From Saccharolobus solfataricus (GTDB lineage: Archaea; Thermoproteota; Thermoprotei_A; Sulfolobales; Sulfolobaceae), in the NCBI RefSeq assembly GCF_900079115.1, contig NZ_LT549890.1, positions 2,010,001 to 2,042,000 on the forward strand: a DNA stretch of 32,000 bases, written 5' to 3'. Every line of letters begins with the position of its first letter. Position 1 is the stretch's first letter. Below, piece by piece: positions 1 to 10,176 of the stretch. The notes beneath the pieces are model-generated. The model was not told the origin of the DNA. It saw only the letters and a list, made by a program, of their open reading frames with translations, and made no database searches. The position numbers were made by a program, and so were the translations under genes.

Positions 1-111
1 GGGATTTTTGGACATAAAAGCACTGACAGTTTACTACTGTGTAAGTATTTGTGGTAGATATTCTGCTGAATTCACGTAAAATATTTAATGGTTTCTCGCT
101 AATATTTAGTA

Positions 112-921
112 ATGATAGATTTTCATTTTCATGCTCCAGTTAAAGAGTTTTTAGATTTTTTGGGAGAATTTGGTGAACCTGCAATTAAATACTTTAATGC
201 AAAGGTGGAAGTTAAAGGCTTAAAGGAGACCTTAGACTATTACGAGTCTTTTGGAATAAAAAGATTTGTCGTATTACCAATAGATTCCACAACGTTTTTA
301 GGTAGAAGGATTCCAAACCAAGTTATTAACTTGGATGATCGTATCGTGAAATTTATTTCCGTAGACCCATCAAAACCGAACGCTGATGAGGAACTAAAGA
401 GGTCAATAAAGGAATTTGAGCCAGTAGGTGTTAAGCTACATCCCCAATTGCAAGGTTTTCATCCATTAGATGAAAGAGCGTTAAAAATTTACGAGATAAT
501 TGATAACCACGGACTAATAGTTGTCTTTCATACCGGTACATCTGGTATTGGGGCTGGTGTAAAATCCAGTATTAGATTAGACTATGGTAGGCCAATATAT
601 TTTGATGAAATAGCAGTGAGGTTTCAAAACATGAAAATCATATTAGCTCATTTCGGGTGGCCGTGGACTGAAGAGGCAATTGCGATAGCTTTACACAAAC
701 CTAACGTTTATTTAGATCTATCAGGCTGGGCTCCAAGATATATTCCACAAGTAATTTGGAGTAATGCGAAAAGACTTAGCGATAAATTATTGTTTGGCTC
801 AGATTTTCCTCTAATTAGGCCGGAACGTTGGTTAGAAGAGTTTAAGAGTGTAAATTTAAGTCAAGATATCAAGGATAAGATACTGAAACATAACGCCGAA
901 AAACTTGTCAAGAAGAGTTGA
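112..921 (+). CDS. Amidohydrolase-2 type (TIM-barrel, metal-dependent) hydrolase
   Basis: 269-aa ORF. It has an N-terminal DFHFH (HxH) metal motif, later histidines in KLHP, VFHTG and LAHFG, and an aspartate in GSDFP, spaced as in PF04909/COG2159 amidohydrolases. A TATA-like AAAATATTTAAT (78-89) lies about 28 nt upstream of the ATG. Confidence 0.8.
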   Translation: MIDFHFHAPVKEFLDFLGEFGEPAIKYFNAKVEVKGLKETLDYYESFGIKRFVVLPIDSTTFLGRRIPNQVINLDDRIVKFISVDPSKPNADEELKRSIKEFEPVGVKLHPQLQGFHPLDERALKIYEIIDNHGLIVVFHTGTSGIGAGVKSSIRLDYGRPIYFDEIAVRFQNMKIILAHFGWPWTEEAIAIALHKPNVYLDLSGWAPRYIPQVIWSNAKRLSDKLLFGSDFPLIRPERWLEEFKSVNLSQDIKDKILKHNAEKLVKKS

Positions 922-982
922 TTTTCATTTATCTCAAAATAAAAATTACTAAAAATGATTTGAGATAAAAAAAAGTAATAAC

Positions 983-2563
983 TTAAGCTATTTCTTCTGC
1001 TCTTATGTTACTTACTGGTCTCCAGCCAGCGCCATAAGCTATTGCGGTCCCAATTAGTCCTATGGCTAAATTAATTAGAGTTGATAGTACTCCTATGTAC
1101 ATTGGTCCTAACGGTGTTATGAAGGATGAGGTTTTTAATGGTCCGAAGTGATTAGCCAATAACGTTAGATATATCCCGCTGAACATACCTCCCGCCCAAC
1201 CTCCTACTAACGCATAACCGTTGAGTTTGCTAGTGTAAAGTCCTAGGAATACTGAAGGCAAGGTTTGTAGAATGATTATACCTCCCAATAATTGCAGCTG
1301 TATGGCGTATGTTGAGGGTGTGGCAAATACTAGAGCTAAAGCCAAAAATTTAAACGCGGTAGATATCCATTTAGCTAAGGCTGATTCAGTACTAGGAGAC
1401 ATATTAGGTTTAAACTCCTTTATTATGTTCCTTGTGAGTAAATTAGCTGCTCCAATTGCCATTATAGCTGCGGGGACTAATCCCCCTATGAAAATTCCTA
1501 ACAATGCTATCCCAACAAACCAATCTGGCATTGAATAGCCTATTAGAGCAGGGACAGCTACTGCACCGGAGTGTGTTTTAGCAATAAAATTAACCACTTT
1601 AGAATTAGCGTAGACTAGAATTCCAAACAAGGCTATAACAGCTAATATGATAGAATAGAAGGGTTGTAATGCTAGTGATAATTTAAGGGATTTCTTAGAA
1701 TCTGAACTCACGCTTGCATTAACCGCGTGGGGATATAGATAGAGGGCAAATGCGCTCCCGATAGCTAAAGAAATATAAGCAGTTCGCGCAGCTAGGGTGT
1801 TAGGTAAATAGTTGTAGAAAATTGGCTTATTAACGTTATTTAACGCTAAGTTAATCTGGGAGCTTAACGTTTGGGCATTATGAAATGCACCAGAAAATCC
1901 TCCAAAGGCCAGTGGAACGTAGATCGCAATACTTATTATTGTACCTAAAATTATGATGTCCTTATATACTGCAGTTAGCGCAGCTCCCCTTAGTCCACTT
2001 GTGAATACGAATGCAGCTAAGATTATGAAGGCTACTAAAAGACTTAAATCACTTGCCAATGTAATGTTACTAACTCCCAATCCTAGCAATAATATGAGTA
2101 ATGCTACTTGCATACCTACTATTTGTAATGCTATGTAAGGCAATTCAGCTACTACCCCTGTTATAGCTACAAGCCCTGCTAGAATCCTACTGTTAAATCT
2201 ATCCTTAATGAAATCCGCTGCTGTAACATACCCTCTGTTCTTAGCAATTGTCCACAGTCTAGGCATGAAGAGTAGGGCTATGAAGGGCGTGACCGCAGAG
2301 TAGAAGGCTGCAAAAAATCCAACTGGACCGCTGGCTAAGACTAGAGAAGGTACTGCAATAAATGTATATGCAGTATATAGGTCTGCAGTGAGAAGAAACC
2401 ACATTAAATATGGTCCTAATCTTCTCCCCGCTAAAGCCCATTCGTGAAGTTTCGATAGATCTCCTCTTCTCCATCTGCTTCCATAAAAGCCTAAAAACAC
2501 AAAAATTACAAATAAAATTATAAACAGAGCAACTGAAACGATAGAAACGTGTAAACCATCCAT
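983..2563 (-). CDS. Sodium:solute symporter (SSS) family transporter
   Basis: 526-aa polytopic membrane ORF. The N-terminal FLGFYGSRWRRGD...AGRRLGP...TADLYTAYTFIAVPS pattern is typical of SSS-family permeases. It starts 4 nt downstream of a small two-TM ORF, the usual partner arrangement. Confidence 0.85.
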   Translation of the reverse strand: MDGLHVSIVSVALFIILFVIFVFLGFYGSRWRRGDLSKLHEWALAGRRLGPYLMWFLLTADLYTAYTFIAVPSLVLASGPVGFFAAFYSAVTPFIALLFMPRLWTIAKNRGYVTAADFIKDRFNSRILAGLVAITGVVAELPYIALQIVGMQVALLILLLGLGVSNITLASDLSLLVAFIILAAFVFTSGLRGAALTAVYKDIIILGTIISIAIYVPLAFGGFSGAFHNAQTLSSQINLALNNVNKPIFYNYLPNTLAARTAYISLAIGSAFALYLYPHAVNASVSSDSKKSLKLSLALQPFYSIILAVIALFGILVYANSKVVNFIAKTHSGAVAVPALIGYSMPDWFVGIALLGIFIGGLVPAAIMAIGAANLLTRNIIKEFKPNMSPSTESALAKWISTAFKFLALALVFATPSTYAIQLQLLGGIIILQTLPSVFLGLYTSKLNGYALVGGWAGGMFSGIYLTLLANHFGPLKTSSFITPLGPMYIGVLSTLINLAIGLIGTAIAYGAGWRPVSNIRAEEIA

Positions 2564-2567
2564 GTTC

Positions 2568-2759
2568 TCAATCCCTTATAACCATTACAATTGCTGTGAA
2601 TACGAGAGCACCTATTGGCATTAGAATTATTTGATACCAGTAAAATAGTGGCAGTCCCAGTAACGTTGGATCGTTTTTTGAATAGAGTGGTAGTAGAGAG
2701 TATAATAGTATGAAGATTAAAGCAAAAATCCCAACTATTACATAAAACTTTCCTGCCAT
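2568..2759 (-). CDS. Small two-TM membrane protein, DUF3311-like subunit associated with SSS transporters
   Basis: 63-aa ORF with two hydrophobic helices and a central NDPTLLGLPLFYWYQ motif. It lies immediately upstream of and co-oriented with the SSS gene (4-nt gap). Confidence 0.6.
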   Translation of the reverse strand: MAGKFYVIVGIFALIFILLYSLLPLYSKNDPTLLGLPLFYWYQIILMPIGALVFTAIVMVIRD

Positions 2760-2883
2760 TTATGTAATAATGTTAATATCACCTTTTAAACTTTACTTTA
2801 TTAAATAGTTAAAATGTTAATTTTAAACTTCTAATGTAATATCTAGAATATAGTAGATTAATTCATAACATATACGGGTAGGA

Positions 2884-3195
2884 TTAAAACACGTCACCGA
2901 TGATTTTAAAGTACTCCTTCACGGTCTCCTTTCCTTTATCAGTTATTCTCACGAAAGTCCTTACGCCATTTACTGTAAAGCCCTTTTTAGACACTGCTAA
3001 ACCCTCTTCTTCTAAGATTTGCAAATGCATTGTTAAGGAGCTTTTAGGAATTCGAGAGTACTCCAATAACTCAGAGAACGTCATTTGACCGAAGGTATAT
3101 AAGGCTATTAAGATAGCTAACCTAACTGAATTATTCAACGCTCTATTGTTTAGGAATTGAATTAGCTCCTTGATCCTCTCCTCTTCGTTACTCAA
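2884..3195 (-). CDS. Small winged-helix (ArsR/MarR-like) transcriptional regulator
   Basis: 103-aa ORF. The stretch VRLAILIALYTFGQMTFSELLEYSRIPKSSLTMHLQILEEEGLAV reads as helix-turn-helix followed by a wing (VRTFVRITDKG). It overlaps the upstream membrane-protein gene by 8 nt and is the last gene of a three-gene operon. Confidence 0.75.
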   Translation of the reverse strand: MSNEEERIKELIQFLNNRALNNSVRLAILIALYTFGQMTFSELLEYSRIPKSSLTMHLQILEEEGLAVSKKGFTVNGVRTFVRITDKGKETVKEYFKIIGDVF

Positions 3196-3793
3196 TAGTA
3201 GACACCTCTAATAAAGAATTAATAGAAGCGTAGAACCAAGCTATTATGAAAATTAAGTAAAATACTTGCGATATAACCTCTAATGGGGCTACTAAAATAG
3301 AAAAAACCGCTATAATATCGTAGTATCTAGGATCCACAAACCTATATTTAGAATAAAGGAAACGATATAATGAATATGCGAGAAATATTGCGTATATATA
3401 AAATGATAATACAAAATATACTATACTTAGACCAAATTGTGAAACCAAAATAAACGATATGAATAACGCCAATGTAATCAGAATCCATATTACGTAATTA
3501 AATTTCGTGATGATATAACCTCTACTGCCAATAAGCCTTAAGTAGTCAGTTCTGATGTCTCTAAAGAGCTTTACTGTAAAATAGACAAAAGGTATTAATA
3601 TAATAAAGGGTATAAGCCCGTATAGAAAAGCTATATTGATTTTTAAAGAATCTAAAACTGTATAGATAGAAGCTAAAATCAGACCATAAAATCCCCAAAC
3701 CGCGTAATATATACCTAGTACCTTTCTAGACTTCCTCTTAATTAAGACTCTAGCAAAGTCATTAGCGTCTTTGATTAAGTCCTTGTAACTCAT
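3188..3793 (-). CDS. Polytopic membrane protein of unknown family (candidate membrane partner of the adjacent ABC ATPase)
   Basis: 201-aa ORF with about 5-6 hydrophobic segments. Its ATG (3791-3793) directly abuts the stop codon of the ABC ATPase gene (3794-3796), which suggests translational coupling. Confidence 0.65.
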   Translation of the reverse strand: MSYKDLIKDANDFARVLIKRKSRKVLGIYYAVWGFYGLILASIYTVLDSLKINIAFLYGLIPFIILIPFVYFTVKLFRDIRTDYLRLIGSRGYIITKFNYVIWILITLALFISFILVSQFGLSIVYFVLSFYIYAIFLAYSLYRFLYSKYRFVDPRYYDIIAVFSILVAPLEVISQVFYLIFIIAWFYASINSLLEVSTIE

Positions 3794-4567
3794 TTACATT
3801 ACACCATAAATTCGATCTATGCTACCTAAATTGGTCAATCTAGCCCCAATTTGAGCATTTTTAACAAATGATAACGTCTTTCCTTCTTGAATCTCTATGG
3901 TAAGTATAGAGTTTTCCACATCACCCTCTACTACACTAGCTTCAATAAGGTCTGTAACCGGTATAGGACCATAAATTTTTCCATTTATCAATATATAAGA
4001 GTCCCAATCCTTAAATTCCTTTAGTAGATCTAACTCATGCGTAGTCACAAAACCTTCTTCGAAATACTCCTTTAACCATCTTGCTATGATTAGCCTTCTC
4101 GCGGGATCTAGATTTTCAAATGGCTCATCTATTAATGCAACCTTTGGATTTGTAGATAATGCTAAAGCTAGTCTCACTATCGACGATTGACCAGCTGAAA
4201 GCTTGTATAAAGGTTTGTTTATGACTTGATCGAAAAGTCTAGCCTCCTCCAGCAATCTCCTAAACATATCACCGTCTAAATTCTTTATCTCTTCAAATAT
4301 ATATACAATATCTTTAACCTTTCTACCTATGCTATAAACTTCTACTAGGTTAGTGGAGAGACCTAAATAATTCCTTATTTTTCTCACTTCCATTCCATTA
4401 ACGTAAATGTAGCCTTTGTAAGGCATTAATCCGCATGTAGCCTTTATGATAGTAGTTTTCCCTGAACCATTGGGTCCTAATACAATTCCCTTTCTATTAA
4501 TAGTCATATTAATCCCTTGGAATACTACGCTCTCAAACTTTACCGTGAAATCTCTATATTCTAGCAT
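3794..4567 (-). CDS. ABC transporter ATP-binding protein
   Basis: 257-aa ORF with Walker A GPNGSGKTT, ABC signature LSAGQSS, Walker B ALIDEP and an H-loop TTHE. There is a C-terminal extension of about 60 aa. A TATA-like box (4588-4596, minus strand) lies about 25 nt upstream of the ATG. Confidence 0.9.
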   Translation of the reverse strand: MLEYRDFTVKFESVVFQGINMTINRKGIVLGPNGSGKTTIIKATCGLMPYKGYIYVNGMEVRKIRNYLGLSTNLVEVYSIGRKVKDIVYIFEEIKNLDGDMFRRLLEEARLFDQVINKPLYKLSAGQSSIVRLALALSTNPKVALIDEPFENLDPARRLIIARWLKEYFEEGFVTTHELDLLKEFKDWDSYILINGKIYGPIPVTDLIEASVVEGDVENSILTIEIQEGKTLSFVKNAQIGARLTNLGSIDRIYGVM

Positions 4568-4606
4568 TATTCTATTTTTACATCTGGATATTAAAAGTCC
4601 TCAAGG

Positions 4607-4625
4607 TAGTTCAGAAATTGAACTA
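4607..4625. promoter_or_regulatory. Perfect palindrome TAGTTCA-GAAAT-TGAACTA centred in the divergent promoter region; candidate operator
   Basis: The 7-bp arms with a 5-bp spacer have their centre (4616) at the midpoint of the 98-bp intergenic region 4568-4665. It sits between two outward-facing TATA-like boxes (4588-4596 on the minus strand, 4634-4643 on the plus strand). Confidence 0.5.
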
Positions 4626-4665
4626 TCATTTGAATTTATAGTATCTTCTTTACTAATTAGAAGTC

Positions 4666-5490
4666 ATGAAAAGACTCTTTACATATATCGTAAAGCAAAC
4701 CCTTTCAAATCCTAACTTAATAGGCTGGGGAGTTCTCTTTGTATTGTTCTGGGGTCTATTAGGAGCTTTCATAATGGCACCAGGATTCATAAAGCAAATA
4801 GAGCCTACTTATATAAAAACAATATATCCAAATTACGTTGCAGCCTGGTATTCTGATTTAGTAATACTATCGTTAAGCTCACTTGCAGTGTCTGTGTCAT
4901 ACGCAATTTTTTACCAGACGGGAACTTTACCATATTTATTGAGATATAGTAAATTAAGAGCGGATACCTATATAATATCTCTTTATTTGGGATTTTTAGT
5001 AGTTGGATTAGTAATAGTACTTCTAATGACCGCCGTGATCCCATTCATGTTTTCCAACAACGGGATAGGAATAATTACATATCCTTCACAAATTCACATT
5101 TTAATTCCGATTTCCGTCCTCGGAAGCCTATTCTTTATATCGCTCTCTACGCTTCTAACGCTAATTACGATTAAACTTAAAGGAATGAGAATGCAAAATC
5201 TAATTAGCTTCATACCCTTAATATTGGGCTATATATTCTATTCACTATTTACATTTTCAGAGTATCCAAGTATTTTGGATTATACATCACCTTACTTAAC
5301 AATAGTGCTATTACTATATTACGGATACACTGGAAATGTACCGCCAATAAGCGTGCAAAGTCAACAAACGGTATCACTTGAAGGTGTTATTATATCTTCT
5401 GTATTATGGACTTTGATTCTAACTATAATAGACATTATTCTAATGAAGAGAATATACTACACTAACATAGAAGAGAGTAGATTTCTATAA
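4666..5490 (+). CDS. Six-TM membrane protein, ABC-2-like permease candidate
   Basis: 274-aa hydrophobic ORF transcribed divergently from the ABC ATPase operon. The topology resembles ABC-2 type permeases, but I recognise no diagnostic motif. Confidence 0.6.
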   Translation: MKRLFTYIVKQTLSNPNLIGWGVLFVLFWGLLGAFIMAPGFIKQIEPTYIKTIYPNYVAAWYSDLVILSLSSLAVSVSYAIFYQTGTLPYLLRYSKLRADTYIISLYLGFLVVGLVIVLLMTAVIPFMFSNNGIGIITYPSQIHILIPISVLGSLFFISLSTLLTLITIKLKGMRMQNLISFIPLILGYIFYSLFTFSEYPSILDYTSPYLTIVLLLYYGYTGNVPPISVQSQQTVSLEGVIISSVLWTLILTIIDIILMKRIYYTNIEESRFL

Positions 5491-5720
5491 ACGCACATGT
5501 TGTTCTTTACTTTTTGATACCCAACAAGCTTACTCTATATGATGATCCTTAGTATAGGTCGGGCAGGGTAAAATCTTCAAGTAGTTAATTTTTGACAAAT
5601 TTATTAGCAAATGGGTATTAAATAGCAAGAATCCTTTCATATATGCTTTATTATCACACAAAAACTATGGGTGGATTAATTCCTGATAATAACTGCATTA
5701 ACATTATAAATTTCGTTAGT

Positions 5721-6674
5721 CTAAGGTTGGTATGTGACACTAATGTTTAATGTTTGTCCATTTGATAACATCAGTTGCACAACGTAGATGTTACCTGCAA
5801 TAAATGTGAAAGATGCCTTGAAATCGATCTTGATATTATTGTAACCTACAGAAAGCTGATTAGGTACAATGTTACTTGTGGAATAGCTAGTACCTAATAT
5901 TGTAGCAGTTAAAATTCCCAATTGAAATTGGGAATATATAGTAGCTTCAGCTATACCATTACTATAAAGCTTCCCAACACCAACTTGCTCTATTGGCAAA
6001 GAAGGTTGGAACATAGTAGGTAATTGTTGTTGCTGACTAGGTAAGTTACCAATTATATTACCTAATCCCGAATATATCTTATAGAAGCCGATTATTGTTA
6101 TTATTAAACCTATTATGGAGATGATTATGGATAGGATAAAGCCTATTAGAGCTATCAGTCCGCCGTCTTTTATATCCTTATTATTATAAATTTCTCCAGT
6201 CTTCATGAAGGCTAGGAAAAGGAGTATATATCCTACTAGACCTAATACGCCACCGATTAAGGCGAAAGCAACAGCTCCTACGGCCGAAGAGAGAATTGTC
6301 CCAACAGCTACAGAGGGATTCAATGCTTGTGCAGAAAATAATACTGGTAAAAGAAATATGAAGGCTATGATCGTTATTGCGGTTCCAGCAACTATTAGTA
6401 TGATACTTGTAATGCCTCTTCCCAAATCCCTCCCTAATGAAGTTAATATTTGAAAACCACTTTTAATATTTACATACGTTAGATACAGGAGAAGAATTTG
6501 TATTACTAATCCAAATATTCCAACACTTAAACCAATATCTAAATTATTAATTGCAAATAATGTTGCAATAACAATTATTTCAAAAATGATTCCAAAAATT
6601 TCTGATATTAGGAGGTATTTCACCCCATTTCTTACCTCTTGTAATCCTAAAATCTCCCTATTTTGTTGAGACAT
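5721..6674 (-). CDS. DUF973-like archaeal membrane protein with a C-terminal beta-rich soluble domain
   Basis: 317-aa ORF. It has about 6 TM helices rich in I/L/G, then a Q-rich linker (PSQQQQLP) and a soluble tail of about 100 aa. The family call is from memory of Sulfolobus DUF973 paralogues. Confidence 0.65.
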   Translation of the reverse strand: MSQQNREILGLQEVRNGVKYLLISEIFGIIFEIIVIATLFAINNLDIGLSVGIFGLVIQILLLYLTYVNIKSGFQILTSLGRDLGRGITSIILIVAGTAITIIAFIFLLPVLFSAQALNPSVAVGTILSSAVGAVAFALIGGVLGLVGYILLFLAFMKTGEIYNNKDIKDGGLIALIGFILSIIISIIGLIITIIGFYKIYSGLGNIIGNLPSQQQQLPTMFQPSLPIEQVGVGKLYSNGIAEATIYSQFQLGILTATILGTSYSTSNIVPNQLSVGYNNIKIDFKASFTFIAGNIYVVQLMLSNGQTLNISVTYQP

Positions 6675-6724
6675 ATGGTATACTTAATCTTTAGTCAAAT
6701 AATATTTTCCCTAAGGGTCTAACA

Positions 6725-7456
6725 TTAGCGGAAATTCCAGTCGAAAGAGAAGTCAAAACTTACGGGTTTACTATACCAAATTTTACTCCTAACATCGTTA
6801 TCATCTCTCCCTATAGCCCACTTTAAGTATTGCATACCTTTAATTCCATTAGTGGGATCAACGGGAAACCATACATCACCAATCTTAACTTCAATCCATG
6901 CATGAGCTTCCTTAGTGGAAAATGGGATCAAACCAATAACGTATCTAGCTGGAATTCCTAATGCTCTAAGAATTCCTATGGCAACATGACTGTAATTTAC
7001 ACAAACCCCAGAACCCATAATTAAGGAACCAAAAGCTGATTTAACACTTTTATTATTTTTATCATACCTAATACTATCCCTAACCATACTAATCACTTCA
7101 TCTATGAGATCATCAAATGAGAAATACCTTACGTTAATCATCTTAAACTTATCAACATTAACGTATTTGCTTGAAGAGAGAAAAACCTCTTCTTCGTTCT
7201 CAGATTTCGAGAATGAGTTCACTTCTACCTCATAACTGATAATAATTGAAAAATCATCCGAAGGGTTGCACTTAAAATCTAGATGTTCGTTTCTAAACCT
7301 ATCTTGATTTATGCTAACCTTACAAAATGATGGGTGGTCGATATTAAAATGTAGGACCTTTTGAGCATTATCTCTATAAGGAAGGATGTAAAGTCTGCCC
7401 ATTATTTCGCTTGGCTTAGAAAAGGAAACCTCAGCCGATAGTTTATATCTAGTCAT
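6725..7456 (-). CDS. Transglutaminase-like cysteine protease superfamily protein (Bact_transglu_N plus transglutaminase core architecture)
   Basis: 243-aa ORF with a Cys-His-Asp triad context: GSGVCVNYSH (Cys), EAHAWIEV (His), PVDPT (Asp). The N-terminal 125 aa resemble the beta-rich N-domain usually fused to this core. Confidence 0.8.
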   Translation of the reverse strand: MTRYKLSAEVSFSKPSEIMGRLYILPYRDNAQKVLHFNIDHPSFCKVSINQDRFRNEHLDFKCNPSDDFSIIISYEVEVNSFSKSENEEEVFLSSSKYVNVDKFKMINVRYFSFDDLIDEVISMVRDSIRYDKNNKSVKSAFGSLIMGSGVCVNYSHVAIGILRALGIPARYVIGLIPFSTKEAHAWIEVKIGDVWFPVDPTNGIKGMQYLKWAIGRDDNDVRSKIWYSKPVSFDFSFDWNFR

Positions 7457-7992
7457 TATGCTTTACAATAAGAAAGAAAAAAGAAAAGCTTTAACAAAAT
7501 GACGACGACCCTTCCGTATAGAAACTCCGAGCTAATAAAATATTAAGAGAAGAGTAACTTTACCATAATAGATATTCTAAGATTAAGATCGATATTCACC
7601 TAATTGTCCTTTTAACTAAATTGATTGCAATAGAGCGATAGTTAGGAAATTTAAATAAGAACTGTATATTGATAGAGTCTTCGTAAGCTTGATGATACTC
7701 TTCTTAGAATGACGTGAAAAAAGGCTTTCTAGGAAGAGAAATCTGTAGAAAATAGTTTAAAGTTATTATATTCACACCTCATGAATATCTTATCTTTGAT
7801 ACCTTATTTAATAATAAAAATGTCCAAACTATTCCAAATCGGTCTAACGTTATCTCTCTCAATAATAGCATAGCCATTATTGCTGCAAACGATCTAAGGA
7901 ATTTGGAGCTACTTTAATTTAAAAGTTACATTTTAATGAGAATGAGTTAATTTTAAATAGGAGTCACTCCAAATTAAATACTAGGTGAAAAA

Positions 7993-8640
7993 ATGAGTGA
8001 GGAAAGAATTCCATTAATAGGAGAAAGATTCCCAGAAATGGAAGTTATAACTACGCAAGGCAGGATAAAACTACCTGATGACTATAAAGGGAGATGGTTT
8101 GTATTATTTAGCCATCCTGGAGATTTCACACCGGTGTGCACTACGGAGTTCTACTCATTTGCAAAGAAATACGAGGAGTTCAAGAAGTTGAATACTGAAC
8201 TAATAGGACTTTCAGTAGATAGTAACATTTCACACATCGAATGGATAATGTGGATAGAGAAAAACCTAAAGGTTGAAATTCCGTTTCCAATAATCGCTGA
8301 TCCAATGGGCAATGTTGCTAAAAGACTAGGTATGATCCATGCGCAGTCCTCTACAGCTACAGTTAGAGCAGTATTCGTAGTTGACGATAAGGGGGTAGTG
8401 AGATTAATTCTGTACTATCCGATGGAGATAGGAAGAAATATTGATGAAATTCTTAGAGCTATTAGAGCACTACAATTAGTTGACAAAGCAGGAGTAGTAA
8501 CTCCAGCTAACTGGCCTAATAATGAACTAATAGGAGATAAGGTCATTAATCCAGCTCCTAGAACGATAAAAGATGCAAAGATGAGATTAGGTCAGCCCTT
8601 TGATTGGTGGTTCACTTATAAAGAAGTTAAAACAACATAA
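7993..8640 (+). CDS. Peroxiredoxin (Prx6/1-Cys-like thiol peroxidase)
   Basis: 215-aa ORF with the peroxidatic-Cys motif [12 protein letters not shown] and conserved SVDS..SH..W. A GGTGA Shine-Dalgarno (7984-7988) lies 4 nt upstream of the ATG, and a TATA-like TTTTAAATA lies at 7951-7959. Confidence 0.95.
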
Positions 8641-8661
8641 CATGAATGGGTAAAATTAAAT

Positions 8662-10176
8662 TTATTTTTTGATTCTCTCAAATACATTAGCTAATTTTAG
8701 AACCTTGTCTTCTTCAAAATGCCTTCCTATTATCATCAGACCGACTGGTAAACCATTCGAATATCCCACTGGTATATTCATAGCAGGGTGTCCAGTAACG
8801 TCAAAAGGAGCTGTATTATTTATCATTCCGAGCGCCATTATAAAATATTCATCAAAGCCTGGTTCACTCTTATACCTCATTGCTTTCATAGGAGTTGTTG
8901 GCATTATTAGAGCGTCGTATTTCCTTAACGCACTGTCGTAAGCTTCCTTTAACACAATCGATAAATTTCTTGCCTTTGCGTAGTATCTATTGTTATACAT
9001 CTTTATCATTAAGTAGCCTAACATTAGTACACCTTTTACCGTGTTTGGTAAATCTCTAGCTCTGGATTTTAAGGAGTTCCCAAAGAAATCTGCAATTTGA
9101 GTCTCAAATAAGCCCTTCCTTCCCCATCCTACACCACTTCCTAATATCATGGTTGCTGTGGCACCCTCAATAGCTATTGGAGTCCATATATCCAATCCCA
9201 TCCTATGAAGAGGTATGGAGGTATCCTCTACTTTTATTCCATAATCTTCTAGTTTCTTGGCAGAATCTAATACTAACTCATCAACATCCTTTTCAGAATT
9301 GGACCAATTAAATCCTTCCTTAACTATGCCAACTTTCATATCTTTTACGTCGCCATCAATAAGTTTAGAATAGGGTTTGACTGGAGGTGGAGGTAGGCTA
9401 TCTGGCTGTCTTGAATCCAATTCATCCCTCCCTGCTATTACCTCTAAAAGTAATGCTACATCCTTTACCGTATTAGCCATAGGTCCTAGATGATCTAATG
9501 TAGGCTCTATGGAAAAAGCGCCGGTATATGGAACTAGTCCATGAGTTGGTTTTAGTCCGTATATGCCAACCCACGAACTGGGAATTCTAATTGAACCTCC
9601 TTGATCTCCTCCAACAGCCATATCACAATAGCCAGAAGCTACTGCTACAGCACTACCGCTTGATGATCCTCCTGCCATATACTCTGGATTTCTCGGATTT
9701 AGTACTGGCCAAGGATAAGATGTATGACTACCTCCTGAGAAGCATAGGTCCTCACACGTAGTCTTAGCTACGATTTCTCCAGCCTCATCCAGAATCCTTG
9801 AAACTACAGTAGCATCCATATGCGGGACAAAACCTTCTAACATTTTAGATCCATTAAGCATAGGTATACCCGCTATCATCACATTGTCCTTAATGCAAAT
9901 CCTTTTTCCCTTTAACTTACCCTCTTCCTTACCCTTTATCGAAGTTATCCACACTAAAGCACCATAAGGATTCTCCTCTTTCATAGGTGGTCGACCTAAT
10001 GTTCTCTGATACTTAACTCTTGGAGTATAATCTGGCAAGGAGTCTAACCTCTCATAGGATTCCAACTGCAGTTTTAGTAATTGCAAAAAGGATTTTAACT
10101 CCTCATCCTCTAGATCTAAATTAAATTGCTTAGAAATCTCTCTTAAATCCTCCAATGTGGGTAACTTAATTCCCAT
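8662..10176 (-). CDS. Amidase-signature (AS) family amidase
   Basis: 504-aa ORF with the AS motif [12 protein letters not shown], a catalytic Lys context ICIKDN and [12 protein letters not shown]. The length and N-terminus are consistent with the signature amidases described from Sulfolobus. Confidence 0.95.

Noticed and set aside
1272-2474. Three ORFs (88, 61 and 71 aa) inside or antisense to the symporter gene
   Set aside because: They are fully embedded in a long, well-supported membrane-protein gene. Their sequences are low-complexity and carry no motifs, so they are typical shadow ORFs.
4446-4715. 89-aa plus-strand ORF spanning the ABC ATPase 5' end, the divergent promoter and the start of the next gene
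   Set aside because: It is antisense to the Walker A region of a confident gene and runs across a promoter region. It has no independent support.
5539-5545. AUGAUGA (C-box-like) heptamer in the 5491-5720 convergent spacer, considered as a C/D-box sRNA
   Set aside because: There is no CUGA D or D' box at the required 12-nt spacing and no C' box or terminal stem. The same holds for the TGATGA at about 7690 and the GATGATGATGA on the minus strand at about 11671.
7960-7970. Palindrome GGAGT-C-ACTCC between the TATA box and start of the peroxiredoxin gene, considered as a redox-regulator operator
   Set aside because: Five-bp arms occur dozens of times by chance in this window, and there is no second copy or supporting context.
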